Positions 15,290 through 24,791 of a DNA stretch of 64,000 nucleotides are shown here, in pieces. This DNA comes from Acidimicrobiia bacterium (lineage in GTDB: Bacteria; Actinomycetota; Acidimicrobiia; UBA2766), in NCBI GenBank assembly GCA_038904395.1, contig JBCKKC010000003.1, positions 1,856 through 65,855 of the forward strand. Direction: 5' to 3'. Numbering within the stretch: position 1 is the first letter of the stretch; each line of letters starts with the position of its first letter. The notes under the pieces are model-generated. The model was not told where the DNA came from, did no database searches, and saw only the letters and a list, made by a program, of their open reading frames with translations. The translations under genes and the position numbers were made by a program.

Positions 15290-16915
15290 ATGCCGCCGCT
15301 GCACACCTCAATATCGAGCCTAGTTGCCTGCCAGGCAACGCCGAAACGGCTCTGGGGAGCTAGCCCGGGCCTTGTCGAAACTCTCTCAGCACGAAACCTC
15401 ATAAAATCCCTAAAGGTCGGACGACTTAGTGCCGAAACTGGTTGGGTGAGAAAACAACACTCAGCGCGGACAATCAGGGCAAGATACGGCAGGCCAAGAG
15501 CATTAGTAGCACTGTGCGCGTGCGCAATCTTCTTGCTGGGCCTATCGGCGTGTCAAACTACCGGCAGATCTACCAAAACACAATCCGAAAACCGATCGGG
15601 TCAAACCGCGTCTGAAGGTGCGCCCCATTGCGACATCCCTCTCCGAGGTAGCAATAACACCTACATCGAAGGCCCACCGTTCAACTTCACAGTGGCACCC
15701 TCTCCAAACGAGGTTGTCACGGTCACGGGGACTCTCAAAGACTCAACACCTTTGGTAAACGGCCCCGGCGCAAGGCAACTAAAGGCCAATATTGCCGAAG
15801 CCACGATCAAGAAGAGATCTACCAATGAAGTTATCGGGACTGTCGGCAGCGGAGCCAAATTCAGTACATTTGTCCCATATCTGGATTTCGATGCGAATCA
15901 GTACCCTTCCTTCTCTCTTGATGGACGTTTGGGAGCGAGCCAGCCTGAAAGGATTAACGCGCTTTGGGGCAGGCTGCACGAAGCACCTAATACCACCGTT
16001 CCGAACAATGTCGATCAACCAGATGTGGTCATCCAAAATGTCACGTCGCAGGCAGTGACAGTTTCCGATATCTACCGAGCGTTCGACTGTACCCGTGCCC
16101 TCAGCGGCGCGGTGTACAGTCCCCGCACTGGGGGCACTGAGAGCTGGCCCGTTGAAGAGTCGATTGAGCCAAGTCCAACGGGTCCAAATGGATGGAGACT
16201 CTGGATACCTGAGGCAAAGCTGCCCCAGGCCGATTATCGAGGCAACTCATTTGGCCAAGTACAAATCTGTGGCACTTCGTGCCTATATGCCATGTGGGGC
16301 ATGTCTAGCGCTGGCCGCACCCAACAATGTGTTTCCGCTCCCGTAAGACCCGAACCCGAGCCCTCCACCCAAGCCGCACTAATCTGCAAGGTCGATGAGA
16401 CCAGCAGCCCAGTCACTTTCATTGTCACCGAAAGCAAGTGCGCGGCACCTCTTGGGTGGGGACATATCGAAGGCCGACATCGCTCCGTCAACGTCCGGGT
16501 TTACAATTGCACGCCGGTCGATGTGTGGATACAAGTAAGAGACTGGAGTGGCGATCTCAACGATAACCCGAACGGCAAAAAAATCTCCCCCGGGGGATAC
16601 GTTACTTTTTCGACTGGTAGTGGTGGGGACACGCATGGATGGGGTCGGCTGTGTACGGACAGCCAATGTCCACAGGCTCATGGCGAGAATTCACCAGCGA
16701 TCATGGCAAATTTTCATTGGGAGAACGACTTTGGAACAAGCAACAAGGCCGAGTGCGGCGTGGCCCCAACATTCCAATACGGGTCAGCATCACCCACATA
16801 TTGGTGTAGAGGGGATGTCGACAACACAGGTGACCTAGACAATATTGCTGGCTTCGTCCTGTGCAGTCCAACAAACGATAAGCCCAACTTGGTATGCCCC
16901 AAAGCGTTCCCGTGA
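15290..16915 (+). CDS. Cys-rich secreted lipoprotein, unknown function (likely true start GTG at 15446)
   Basis: The long ORF contains an internal in-frame GTG followed by a basic n-region and the lipobox LLGLSAC. The mature part has many Cys and no motif I recognise. Confidence 0.65.
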   Translation: MPPLHTSISSLVACQATPKRLWGASPGLVETLSARNLIKSLKVGRLSAETGWVRKQHSARTIRARYGRPRALVALCACAIFLLGLSACQTTGRSTKTQSENRSGQTASEGAPHCDIPLRGSNNTYIEGPPFNFTVAPSPNEVVTVTGTLKDSTPLVNGPGARQLKANIAEATIKKRSTNEVIGTVGSGAKFSTFVPYLDFDANQYPSFSLDGRLGASQPERINALWGRLHEAPNTTVPNNVDQPDVVIQNVTSQAVTVSDIYRAFDCTRALSGAVYSPRTGGTESWPVEESIEPSPTGPNGWRLWIPEAKLPQADYRGNSFGQVQICGTSCLYAMWGMSSAGRTQQCVSAPVRPEPEPSTQAALICKVDETSSPVTFIVTESKCAAPLGWGHIEGRHRSVNVRVYNCTPVDVWIQVRDWSGDLNDNPNGKKISPGGYVTFSTGSGGDTHGWGRLCTDSQCPQAHGENSPAIMANFHWENDFGTSNKAECGVAPTFQYGSASPTYWCRGDVDNTGDLDNIAGFVLCSPTNDKPNLVCPKAFP

Positions 16916-17064
16916 ACGAGACAATCGGGCTGGCAACGATCTAGGACCACCGACTCTGACTGTCGCTTCCGATGTCTTGCCGATTCACGACTGATACAAT
17001 TCTCACTCCCACCCTGAATGGCACATAAGCAACTCCCCCGCCCATAGGTAGTGTTGATGGCGAC

Positions 17065-17841
17065 ATGATCAGCATCCCGACCGACACGCCTGACACAAGC
17101 GAATTCCTACAACAACTTGGGTTTCATGAAGTTGTTCACCAGTGGTTCTCGGAGCAGCTTGGGGCACTGACTGCAGCACAACAGCAGGCTTGGCCACGAA
17201 TTGCCGAGGGTGAGAACTCTTTGATTCTGGCGCCGACTGGATCGAGTAAGACTCTGGCCGGATTTCTGTGGGCTATCAGTGGATTTCTCAAGTCCCCGGC
17301 TCCGCCGGCCACGAAGACAGTTCGGCTCCTCTATATTTCGCCCCTCAAGGCGCTCAATTACGACATCGAACGGAATTTGCGGGTGCCGTTGACCCAGATG
17401 CAGGATCTGGCCGCTGCTCGAGGTGAGTCGTTGCCGGAGATCAGAATTGCTGTTCGAACCGGTGATACCAAGACCTCAACGCGCAACTCGATCTTGCGCA
17501 ATCCCCCAGACATCTTGATCACTACGCCCGAGTCGCTCTACTTGATGCTCACTGCGCCGAAAGCCCGAACAATCTTGCACGGTGTTGAGTCGGTGATCCT
17601 CGATGAGATCCACGCCATTGCCGGCAACAAGCGAGGCACTCACTTGGCAGTCTCGCTTGAGCGTCTCGAGGAATTGCGTTCAGTCGAAGCGCCACTGCAA
17701 CGGATTGGACTCTCGGCGACGGCCCGCCCACCGGAAGCCATAGCCTCTCTCCTCGGCGGATTCTCGACTGCTGGCCAGTCCGCCAGCCGCATAACAACGG
17801 TGGCTGGGCGGCCGGTTAGTGTGGGGATCAAATCGATTTGA
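17065..17841 (+). pseudogene. lhr: Truncated Lhr-type DEAD/DEAH-box helicase (N-terminal ~235 aa only)
   Basis: Walker A LILAPTGSSKTLAG, motif II ILDEIH and motif III LSAT are present, then homology ends. The ORF runs into the convergent lipoprotein gene at 17828. Lhr proteins are about 1,400-1,500 aa. Confidence 0.6.
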
Positions 17842-18343
17842 TGGCGGTTTGGGCCAACTGGGTGAGGGCCGGCAAGTCGGCTTGCGTACCGCCGACATAT
17901 TCCAGAGCTAGAGAGTTCCCCTTCGCGGTTTGGGTGCCAACAACAATCGAATCAGGCATGTTGGCCGAGAATGCTTGCTGGCCAAGGTTTGGCACGGGCG
18001 TCGTTGTGGGATATTGACTGGGATTGTAGACACTGGCCGGACCGTAGGTAGCGAGAATACTTTTGCCCCCACTGCCTGTCCAGGTGCAAGTGCCATTTGT
18101 GGCATTGTTTTGGGCGCCCTCTTCAGCGTTTGACGAGCCGATCACCGCGTTGACTTCATCTGGTGTAAGTAGCGAGCACACCTGGAATGGCGTATTGGCA
18201 TCGCTGCCATACGGGTTCAGCGGGGCAGTGGTCATTGTTGAACCCTTACTGGAACTGTTCTTGGAACTACTGGAGGAACAGGCCGACACGCCCACAACAA
18301 GCGTCGTGCAAACAATAAACAGTGCGATCTTGCGCTTGCGCAT
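17828..18343 (-). CDS. Small lipoprotein (DUF3558-like), unknown function
   Basis: 171 aa. Lipobox VGVSAC followed by a Ser-rich linker. The Cys pair QVCSLLTPDEV...GTCTW is typical of small actinobacterial lipoproteins. Confidence 0.65.
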   Translation of the reverse strand: MRKRKIALFIVCTTLVVGVSACSSSSSKNSSSKGSTMTTAPLNPYGSDANTPFQVCSLLTPDEVNAVIGSSNAEEGAQNNATNGTCTWTGSGGKSILATYGPASVYNPSQYPTTTPVPNLGQQAFSANMPDSIVVGTQTAKGNSLALEYVGGTQADLPALTQLAQTAIKSI

Positions 18344-18487
18344 TCAATCCCCGATCAGCAGTAGGCGAACTCAGACAACATATATATCCCACTCGACAAT
18401 GCCCAAATATAGCCAAACGGCTACTCGACGCGCTACCCGCCGCAAAAACCAGTCTGATAGTTCTGTTGGGAGTTCTTCACACAATGT

Positions 18488-19213
18488 TTGGTATCGTCGC
18501 CCCATATGACCCAGACACATACTGCCGACACCGATACTACCGATCCGTTGAGCGGCCTCGATATGCCGCTGCAAGAAGCGATGTTAACGCAACGCTCAAT
18601 CCGTCGACTGCGGCCAGATCCGGTTGATGATGCCATCATTCTCAAATGCATCGAGCTAGCCCTCAAGGCGCCGACAGGATCAAATGCCCAGAACTGGGAA
18701 TGGATCATCGTCAGAGACGAGCAGACCAAGGCAAAATTTGGCCGACTGAACCGATTTATCTGGAGGTTCTACTCCAAGACTGCAAACTCTGCAAGCGACT
18801 CCCAAAGCCGTGGCCTTAGCAAGATTATGGAAGCTGTCCAATGGCAGCTCGATCACTTCGAAGAAACTCCCGCTCTAGTTGTCCCATGCCTGCGCTCTGG
18901 CAAGATTCCGTTGTTGCCCATGCCGCCGATCATCGAGTCATCCTTCTACGGCTCGATCTACCCCAGCGTGCAGAACTTTCTCCTTGCCGCCCGAGCAATG
19001 AACCTGGGCGCATCGCTTATCACCCTGCCGCTTTGGAGCATGACCGCAGCCCGGATCATTCTCGGATTGCCTCTCAAGGTTCAGCCATGCTGCATGATCC
19101 CCGTCGGCTGGCCCCAAGGTCACTATGGCCCAACACAACGCAAGTCAGTTGAATCAGTCGTACATCTCGACCGCTACGGCCATCAGCCGTTCAAGGCCCC
19201 TGAGCCACGTTAA
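18488..19213 (+). CDS. Nitroreductase family protein
   Basis: LQEAMLTQRSIRRLRPDPV...LALKAPTGSNAQNWEWIIVRD is the nitroreductase-fold signature. Confidence 0.8.
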   Translation: MVSSPHMTQTHTADTDTTDPLSGLDMPLQEAMLTQRSIRRLRPDPVDDAIILKCIELALKAPTGSNAQNWEWIIVRDEQTKAKFGRLNRFIWRFYSKTANSASDSQSRGLSKIMEAVQWQLDHFEETPALVVPCLRSGKIPLLPMPPIIESSFYGSIYPSVQNFLLAARAMNLGASLITLPLWSMTAARIILGLPLKVQPCCMIPVGWPQGHYGPTQRKSVESVVHLDRYGHQPFKAPEPR

Positions 19214-19281
19214 CTGCTCACTTAGTTAGCTGATGTCGGTCAAAACCTGGCCCGGATACTCACTTGAGGTTGCATTTGGGC

Positions 19282-19366
19282 TGGTGGCGGGAGCAGGATT
19301 CGAACCTGCGAAGGCGAAGCCGCCTGATTTACAGTCAGGTCCCTTTGTCCACTCGGGTATCCCGCC
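19282..19366 (-). tRNA. tRNA-Tyr (anticodon GUA), CCA encoded
   Basis: The minus-strand 85 nt are GGCGGGA...CCTGACTGTAAATCAGG...GCAGGTTCGAATCCTGC TCCCGCC ACCA. It has a 7-bp acceptor stem, a GTA anticodon in a CT-GTA-AA loop, a long variable arm and a TTCGAAT T-loop. Confidence 0.93.
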
Positions 19367-19566
19367 AGAGATCCTAGTAACCATAGTTCATCGTTCCGGA
19401 TTTGAAACTCAATTCCGTTGCGTCAACTCGAGATCATCCCGAGACTCGGCGATCGCTGCGAACGCCCAAAAAAATCGCCACAGTACAGGTCTCAGCGAAT
19501 CCTTAGGTTGGGATGCTAAGAATTGATCCGAGCATTTTTTTACCACGCTCATCTTCCAGTTGAAGT

Positions 19567-21348
19567 TTGGAATCCCGGGCGTCCGGGACCCGAGAAGAAT
19601 TGATCTTTCATATGTCTATTTCATTTGCTCATACGCGACGGCGATGGTTTTCGGAACGGCTTGCGGCTTCGGTTCGGCCAGCGATTGTGGCACTCTTGGC
19701 CACTGTTGTATCTTTCGGGATTGGATCATCGGCACTTGCCTGTAAGGGATTTACCGAAATGTGCCCAGGCTATGTTCTGACCGACGCTCCGTACAAGATC
19801 GTGGTCGCCGATCAACCCAACTCAAAAAACCTGCGAGCGTTGAGAGGCACCCTGCCGAGGGTTGTCCGTCATTTGAACCAACACATGAACCACAGACTCA
19901 AACTGCACTTAGCCCCAGGGGATCACGCAAAACATTTCCGGCCACGCAACAATTGCATTGTCATTCACCTATCACCCACAGCAACGTCCCGACCGGGGTT
20001 GTTTGGCCAAGCAAGCCCCGAACTCGACGATGCGACTGGGCGAATCGTCGGAGGAAAAGTTAAGATCTTCGAACCCTCTTTTGCGCATGATCTGCTACAA
20101 GAGGTCTTACTGCATGAATTGGGCCATGCTCTCGGTTTGGACCATTACGACGAGGCCATCGACGGCCGCACGCAAATAATGCACCGCAGCCACTTTCACG
20201 TGCCGGCCACACTAGGAGTCGGCGATATTCGTGGACTTCGACATCTTGCCCATCTAGAGAATGGCCAAGAACAGGGCACGATCACGCCGGTAATCGCTCG
20301 GTCCAGCCTGAAGTGGAGCCCGACCAAACCAAGCGATCCAATCATGATTTATGGTTCTGGCTTCACCGGAGCAACGTCGCTCCTCTTTGGTTTGGCACCC
20401 GCCAAATTTGATGTAGTTGACGACAGCCATATTTTGGCTTGGCCGCCTGACAGCCCAGCCGGCTCTTTCCACATACACGTTGTTACCCCGGATGCGACAA
20501 GCCGCACAACCGCTGCAAGTAGGTTCCACTTTGCCAATACCCGCCCGAACACCAAGCCTTTACTGGTGCAACCAAATGGCGGCCCCGCCAGCGGCGGTCT
20601 CAGGGTGCAAATTCTTTGTGAAGACGCCACGGCAGCGACTGAAGTCCTTTTCGACAATGTACCCGCCTTGGACGTAAGAATTGAGAACAAGGGACTCATT
20701 ACTGCAACTGTCCCGCCCGGGGTGTCCGGACCGGCGACAGTATCGTTGGTCAATCCGTGGGATAGGCCGCAGCGATGCCCACGTCCGTTCACATATTATC
20801 CGGGCCCAGAAGTGACTGAAATCAAGCCAACGAAGGACCCCGGTGCCGGGGATGACCAAATTGTCATTCGTGGAACCAGGTTTCTGGCTCTCGGACCAAC
20901 ACAAGTCACGTTTGGGAACGTACCCGCTTCCAATGTCCGCTTAATTAGCGACAGCGAAATTATCGCCACGGTACCCCAATTGCCTGACGGATCACACGAT
21001 GTGATCATTCGCACTTCCCTTGGGGATTCAACACCTAGCCCAGCCTCGCAATATTGCTCTGGCGCCGCACCATCGGCAGCCGCAGCAGCACCCCCACCAC
21101 CGCCTCGGATCTCGGATTCTCCAGTCGATTGCATGGACGATCGGGAAATTCTAACTGGGCCTGACGCAAAACCGCAGTCCCCTGATTCTTGGAACAGTCC
21201 GAACCCATGGAATTCGGAGCCGGCGTCATTCCCAGTGTCCCCTGAAGGACCGATGAGGTCAGCTGCGGCGTCAGCATCACCAGATCGGATGCCCCGTCCT
21301 ACTGCTCCATCGCCCTCGAACACTCCACTTGGGTGGGCTGTGGAATAG
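19567..21348 (+). CDS. Secreted matrixin-like zinc metalloprotease with IPT/TIG repeats and Pro-rich C-terminus (likely start ATG 19612)
   Basis: Signal peptide ...SFGIGSSALA. HELGHALGLDH followed by TQIMHRS and GVGDIRGLRHL. About three IPT/TIG-like repeats. The protease head is homologous to those of 8959..10956 and 21547..23421. Confidence 0.85.
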   Translation: MESRASGTREELIFHMSISFAHTRRRWFSERLAASVRPAIVALLATVVSFGIGSSALACKGFTEMCPGYVLTDAPYKIVVADQPNSKNLRALRGTLPRVVRHLNQHMNHRLKLHLAPGDHAKHFRPRNNCIVIHLSPTATSRPGLFGQASPELDDATGRIVGGKVKIFEPSFAHDLLQEVLLHELGHALGLDHYDEAIDGRTQIMHRSHFHVPATLGVGDIRGLRHLAHLENGQEQGTITPVIARSSLKWSPTKPSDPIMIYGSGFTGATSLLFGLAPAKFDVVDDSHILAWPPDSPAGSFHIHVVTPDATSRTTAASRFHFANTRPNTKPLLVQPNGGPASGGLRVQILCEDATAATEVLFDNVPALDVRIENKGLITATVPPGVSGPATVSLVNPWDRPQRCPRPFTYYPGPEVTEIKPTKDPGAGDDQIVIRGTRFLALGPTQVTFGNVPASNVRLISDSEIIATVPQLPDGSHDVIIRTSLGDSTPSPASQYCSGAAPSAAAAAPPPPPRISDSPVDCMDDREILTGPDAKPQSPDSWNSPNPWNSEPASFPVSPEGPMRSAAASASPDRMPRPTAPSPSNTPLGWAVE

Positions 21349-21386
21349 GAACCGCCTGCATCAGACCAAGCGCAGTGCCCTCATTT

Positions 21387-21407
21387 GCCAGCTCCACCGG
21401 AGCTGGC
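21387..21407 (+). terminator. Short perfect hairpin after the first protease gene
   Basis: gccagctcc acc ggagctggc gives a 9-bp stem and a 3-nt loop. No U-tract follows. Confidence 0.3.
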
Positions 21408-21546
21408 AGATCAAGCCAATCGAGCAGGTACAGTCTCAGCGCTTGCTTAACTTAGGCTGCTACGAATTAATACTTAATATTTGTATATCGGCGTTCGACT
21501 GACCACAGGCGAGCACAACCAGATACAGCCCACGGGGGGCTTCCCA

Positions 21547-23421
21547 ATGTTTCAATCGTTCATTCACCAGGTAGGCCGACGGCCTAGATCGGCGTCAAGA
21601 CGTATAGGACTACGCCCTGTTCTTGCTGTCCTTCTAGCGACGCTCCTGTCTCTGACATTGGCCTCGTCAGCGCTGGCGGTCAGGGGATTTTCTGAGCTGC
21701 ATCCCGGCTATGCCATGACAGATACGCCTTACAGAATTGTCGTCGACAAAGACGTGCGTGTCACGAAGGAGACCGACGATATCGTAGCCAGTTTGCCCGG
21801 AGTGGTACGCCAGATTAACGAACACACAAATGGCAAGCTCAGTCTTGCCAAGAATCCGATCCGCCCAGTTTTGGCAAGCTACAAGCCGCGCAATAACGAC
21901 ATAGTGATTCAAGCTGCTCTACGCAACATTGACGCCACCACATTGGGCGTGGCTCGGCTCCAATTGGACCATCCAAGCGCAACCATCGTGGGGACCAGAA
22001 TTCTGGTCTATCCTAGGACCTTCGCATCCGGCATGGTTGCAGAGGTGCTTCTGCACGAAATTTGCCACGCTCTCGGCCTGGGCCATTGCGAGGACTGTGT
22101 CGACGACCGCCCGCAGACAATGAATCCTACGCTCTACAACTCGGTGCAAGCTTGTTTGGGCGAGGGAGACGTCCGGGGACTTCGATATCTTACTTGTGTG
22201 GGATCAGGCAACAACGGTCGTGGGCCAGCAGGAAAGGCTGCCACTGGAGCCCGGACAGGGTCCCCAGAACCGGCCACAGCCAACGGAGCGGATCCCGGCG
22301 CACCCCGTCCACACCCCGTAACCCCCAGTGCTGCTCTACCCACTTCCGACCAGCCTGTCGCTGCCGCTCCCACCATCGAAGCCTTAAGCCCAAATTGGAG
22401 CAGCCTGGCAGGCGGAGGAGAGCTCACGATACAAGGGACAGGCTTTACCGCCATGACGGCTGTCTATTTTGGTACAACTGCGGCACGGTTTTTCAGAATC
22501 CAAGACGATCAAACTCTATTGGTCCACATTCCGGAGGCGTCCGTCGACGGCCAGGTGCATGTACACGTGGCGACTCCAGATGCCTCAAGCCTCACTACCG
22601 AAAAAAGCAAGTTCTACTATTTTGGTGAAACCAAGACCCCCCAAATCACAAACATTAGACCGGCCATTGGGACTAACAGTGGCGGGCAAAGAGTATCAAT
22701 TACTGGCGACGCTATCTCTCCATTGACACAGGTCTATTTCGGTGACCGGCTCGCGACAGACGTCAAGATTTTGAGCCCGACTCTCATCAGCGCCACGACT
22801 CCACCGGGCACAGCTGGAGAAGCCAGCGTGTCGCTCGTCAGTCCGTGGGGCAGATCAGAAGCATCAAGTTCAAACATATTTACCTATTTGCCCGGTCCCG
22901 AAATCACGGCACTCACACCAAACGTGGGCCCCAGTTTGGGTGGCAACCAAGTGACCATCCGAGGCGACCGTTTCATGGGCCTGGGGGCAACAACAGTTCA
23001 TTTTGGGCCTGCCCAAGCCTCGAGAGTCCGAGTCGTTAGCGACAACGAGATCACTGCCATGGCGCCACCTTTGCCGCTTGGTAACTATTCAGTGACCGTG
23101 CGGAATTCGAACGGCGAATCTGTTGCCAACGAGCAGTCACAGTATGCGTCTGTTCCCCCGCCACCAAGCCTCAGCGTTGTCGACACTCAGGGCCCAAGTG
23201 CAGGCGGCCAACCGATAGGCATCAAACTGACGGGAGCCAGACAAACCAAGGCTGTCTACATAGGCGACTTGCGAGCATGGTTTTCTGTCGAGGATGATGG
23301 AACGCTTAAAGTCAGTCCGCCTCCCCACAAACCCGGTAAGTACGACATTAAAGTTGTCTCGGATGCTTCGCCCCTGCCATCGATCGCCCAACGAGCGTAT
23401 ACCTATCTACCAGCGGGCTAA
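21547..23421 (+). CDS. Secreted matrixin-like zinc metalloprotease with about five IPT/TIG repeats
   Basis: The ATG at 21547 is preceded by a gggggg SD; the ORF-track start at 21481 is less likely. Signal peptide ...LTLASSALA. HEICHALGLGH followed by PQTMNP and GEGDVRGLRYL. Pro-rich linker, then repeated P.I..L.P..G...GG..vtI.G..F modules. Confidence 0.85.
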   Translation: MFQSFIHQVGRRPRSASRRIGLRPVLAVLLATLLSLTLASSALAVRGFSELHPGYAMTDTPYRIVVDKDVRVTKETDDIVASLPGVVRQINEHTNGKLSLAKNPIRPVLASYKPRNNDIVIQAALRNIDATTLGVARLQLDHPSATIVGTRILVYPRTFASGMVAEVLLHEICHALGLGHCEDCVDDRPQTMNPTLYNSVQACLGEGDVRGLRYLTCVGSGNNGRGPAGKAATGARTGSPEPATANGADPGAPRPHPVTPSAALPTSDQPVAAAPTIEALSPNWSSLAGGGELTIQGTGFTAMTAVYFGTTAARFFRIQDDQTLLVHIPEASVDGQVHVHVATPDASSLTTEKSKFYYFGETKTPQITNIRPAIGTNSGGQRVSITGDAISPLTQVYFGDRLATDVKILSPTLISATTPPGTAGEASVSLVSPWGRSEASSSNIFTYLPGPEITALTPNVGPSLGGNQVTIRGDRFMGLGATTVHFGPAQASRVRVVSDNEITAMAPPLPLGNYSVTVRNSNGESVANEQSQYASVPPPPSLSVVDTQGPSAGGQPIGIKLTGARQTKAVYIGDLRAWFSVEDDGTLKVSPPPHKPGKYDIKVVSDASPLPSIAQRAYTYLPAG

Positions 23422-23735
23422 GACACCAACCTGCTGGCCAAGGCCTTCTCAAATTGAGCTCCACCAGAGTTGCAATCCCCCTTGCATTGACCTATCGTTA
23501 CCGCACCGTTAATTCTGACTTAACCAATCGGAAGAGAGGGAAGCAGGTATCGACAGCTGTCTTGTTGGTCGATGGCCAGTCCTCGGACCCGCCCACTGGC
23601 GTTGGGCACGACGACACGAACCGGCCTAGACTCGCAAGGAACGAATGTCACCTGCGGCCATCAAAGCGCAGTTGTTGCAATGGGCAGAACGGTAACATTT
23701 TGCCCACGTCGCAGCTAACAATGTAGGAGTCCAAC

Positions 23736-24791
23736 GTGGTTCAGCGCAGGCTTCAACGCGTGAGACCTTTTTGTCTCGCCGTCATTGCCTTTCTTGGCAT
23801 TGGAACACTGGTTGGTTGCACAAGTGTCGGAGCGACTTCTGCCACCAACACGTCCGTTCGTGTCGCCTACATGGCGAACCTCACACACGCCCCAGCAATT
23901 CTTGCCGTCGATCAGGACTATCTGTCTAAGGCACTTGGCGATCGCACCAAGCTTGACAGCAAAGTCTTCAGTGCCGGTCCCGAAATCATTCAAGCCCTGT
24001 TCTCGGGCGCCGTCGACCTGGCTTTCGTTGGCCCGAGCCCAACAATTTCAGGATTCACGCAGTCTCATGGACAAGCATTACGCATTATCGCAGGGACTAC
24101 CTCGGGTGGGGCTGCCCTGATCGTCAAGTCCGGCATCAACACACCCCAAGATCTCAAAGGCAAGCATCTGGCAACTCCCCAGCTCGGCAACACCCAAGAT
24201 GTTGCCCTGCGGGCATGGCTCAAACAACAAAATCTGTCGGCCGACGCTCAAGGCGGGGGCGATGTGTCAATCACTCCGCAAGAAAACTCACAAACGCTCG
24301 AGACCTTCCGTCAAGGACAAATTGACGGAGCTTGGGTGCCTGAACCATGGGCAAGTCGCCTTGTCCTCAATGGTGGCGGGCACATGCTGGTCGACGAATC
24401 CAGCCTCTGGCCGGACGGCAAATTCGTAACGACACAACTAATCGTACGAACGGAGTTCTTAAAGGATCACCCGGACCTTGTTCGCAAATTCCTCAACGGA
24501 TATCTGCAAGCCATGAACGCAATCAATGCCGACCCTGCCACATCTCAACAAGTTGTCAATGGCGCCTTGGCCAAGCTGACCGGTAAGCCGTTGTCAGACA
24601 AGGTCATCCAGACCGCCTGGCCCCGACTCAGCTTCACCGTCGACCCAGTAGCATCATCGTTGATGAAATCAGCCCGCGATGCCGAATCGGCCGGATTTGT
24701 CGAAAAGGTCAACCTCAAGGGGATCTACGATCTCGACCTGCTCAACGCAGCATTGAAAGCCCAAGGCAAGCCAGCAGTGGAGGACAAATAG
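23736..24791 (+). CDS. ABC transporter substrate-binding lipoprotein (NitT/TauT, SsuA-like family)
   Basis: Lipobox TLVGC. VRVAYMANLTHAPAILAV..., GAVDLAFVGPSP and QLGNTQDVALRAWL are typical of aliphatic sulfonate/nitrate/taurine-type binding proteins. Confidence 0.75.
   Translation: MVQRRLQRVRPFCLAVIAFLGIGTLVGCTSVGATSATNTSVRVAYMANLTHAPAILAVDQDYLSKALGDRTKLDSKVFSAGPEIIQALFSGAVDLAFVGPSPTISGFTQSHGQALRIIAGTTSGGAALIVKSGINTPQDLKGKHLATPQLGNTQDVALRAWLKQQNLSADAQGGGDVSITPQENSQTLETFRQGQIDGAWVPEPWASRLVLNGGGHMLVDESSLWPDGKFVTTQLIVRTEFLKDHPDLVRKFLNGYLQAMNAINADPATSQQVVNGALAKLTGKPLSDKVIQTAWPRLSFTVDPVASSLMKSARDAESAGFVEKVNLKGIYDLDLLNAALKAQGKPAVEDK

Noticed and set aside
16480-16915. Thaumatin-like domain in the C-terminus of the Cys-rich lipoprotein (NCTPVDVW, GWGRLCTDSQC)
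   Set aside because: Only a loose similarity to the thaumatin pattern is present, and the spacing does not fit the family signature. This cannot be supported without a profile search.
19282-19620. Genomic island integrated at tRNA-Tyr
   Set aside because: No integrase gene is present, and no direct repeat of the tRNA 3' end is visible on either side. The adjacent protease genes have paralogues elsewhere in the window.
23422-23735. Riboswitch in the 314-nt region upstream of the ABC importer. The words agggaagcaggt (23537-23548) and cccgcccactgg (23588-23599) faintly resemble cobalamin-riboswitch core segments.
   Set aside because: I could not find a convincing B12 box or the expected helices around these words, and no TPP or SAM core motifs either. 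The resemblance is too weak to call without cmscan against Rfam (RF00174).
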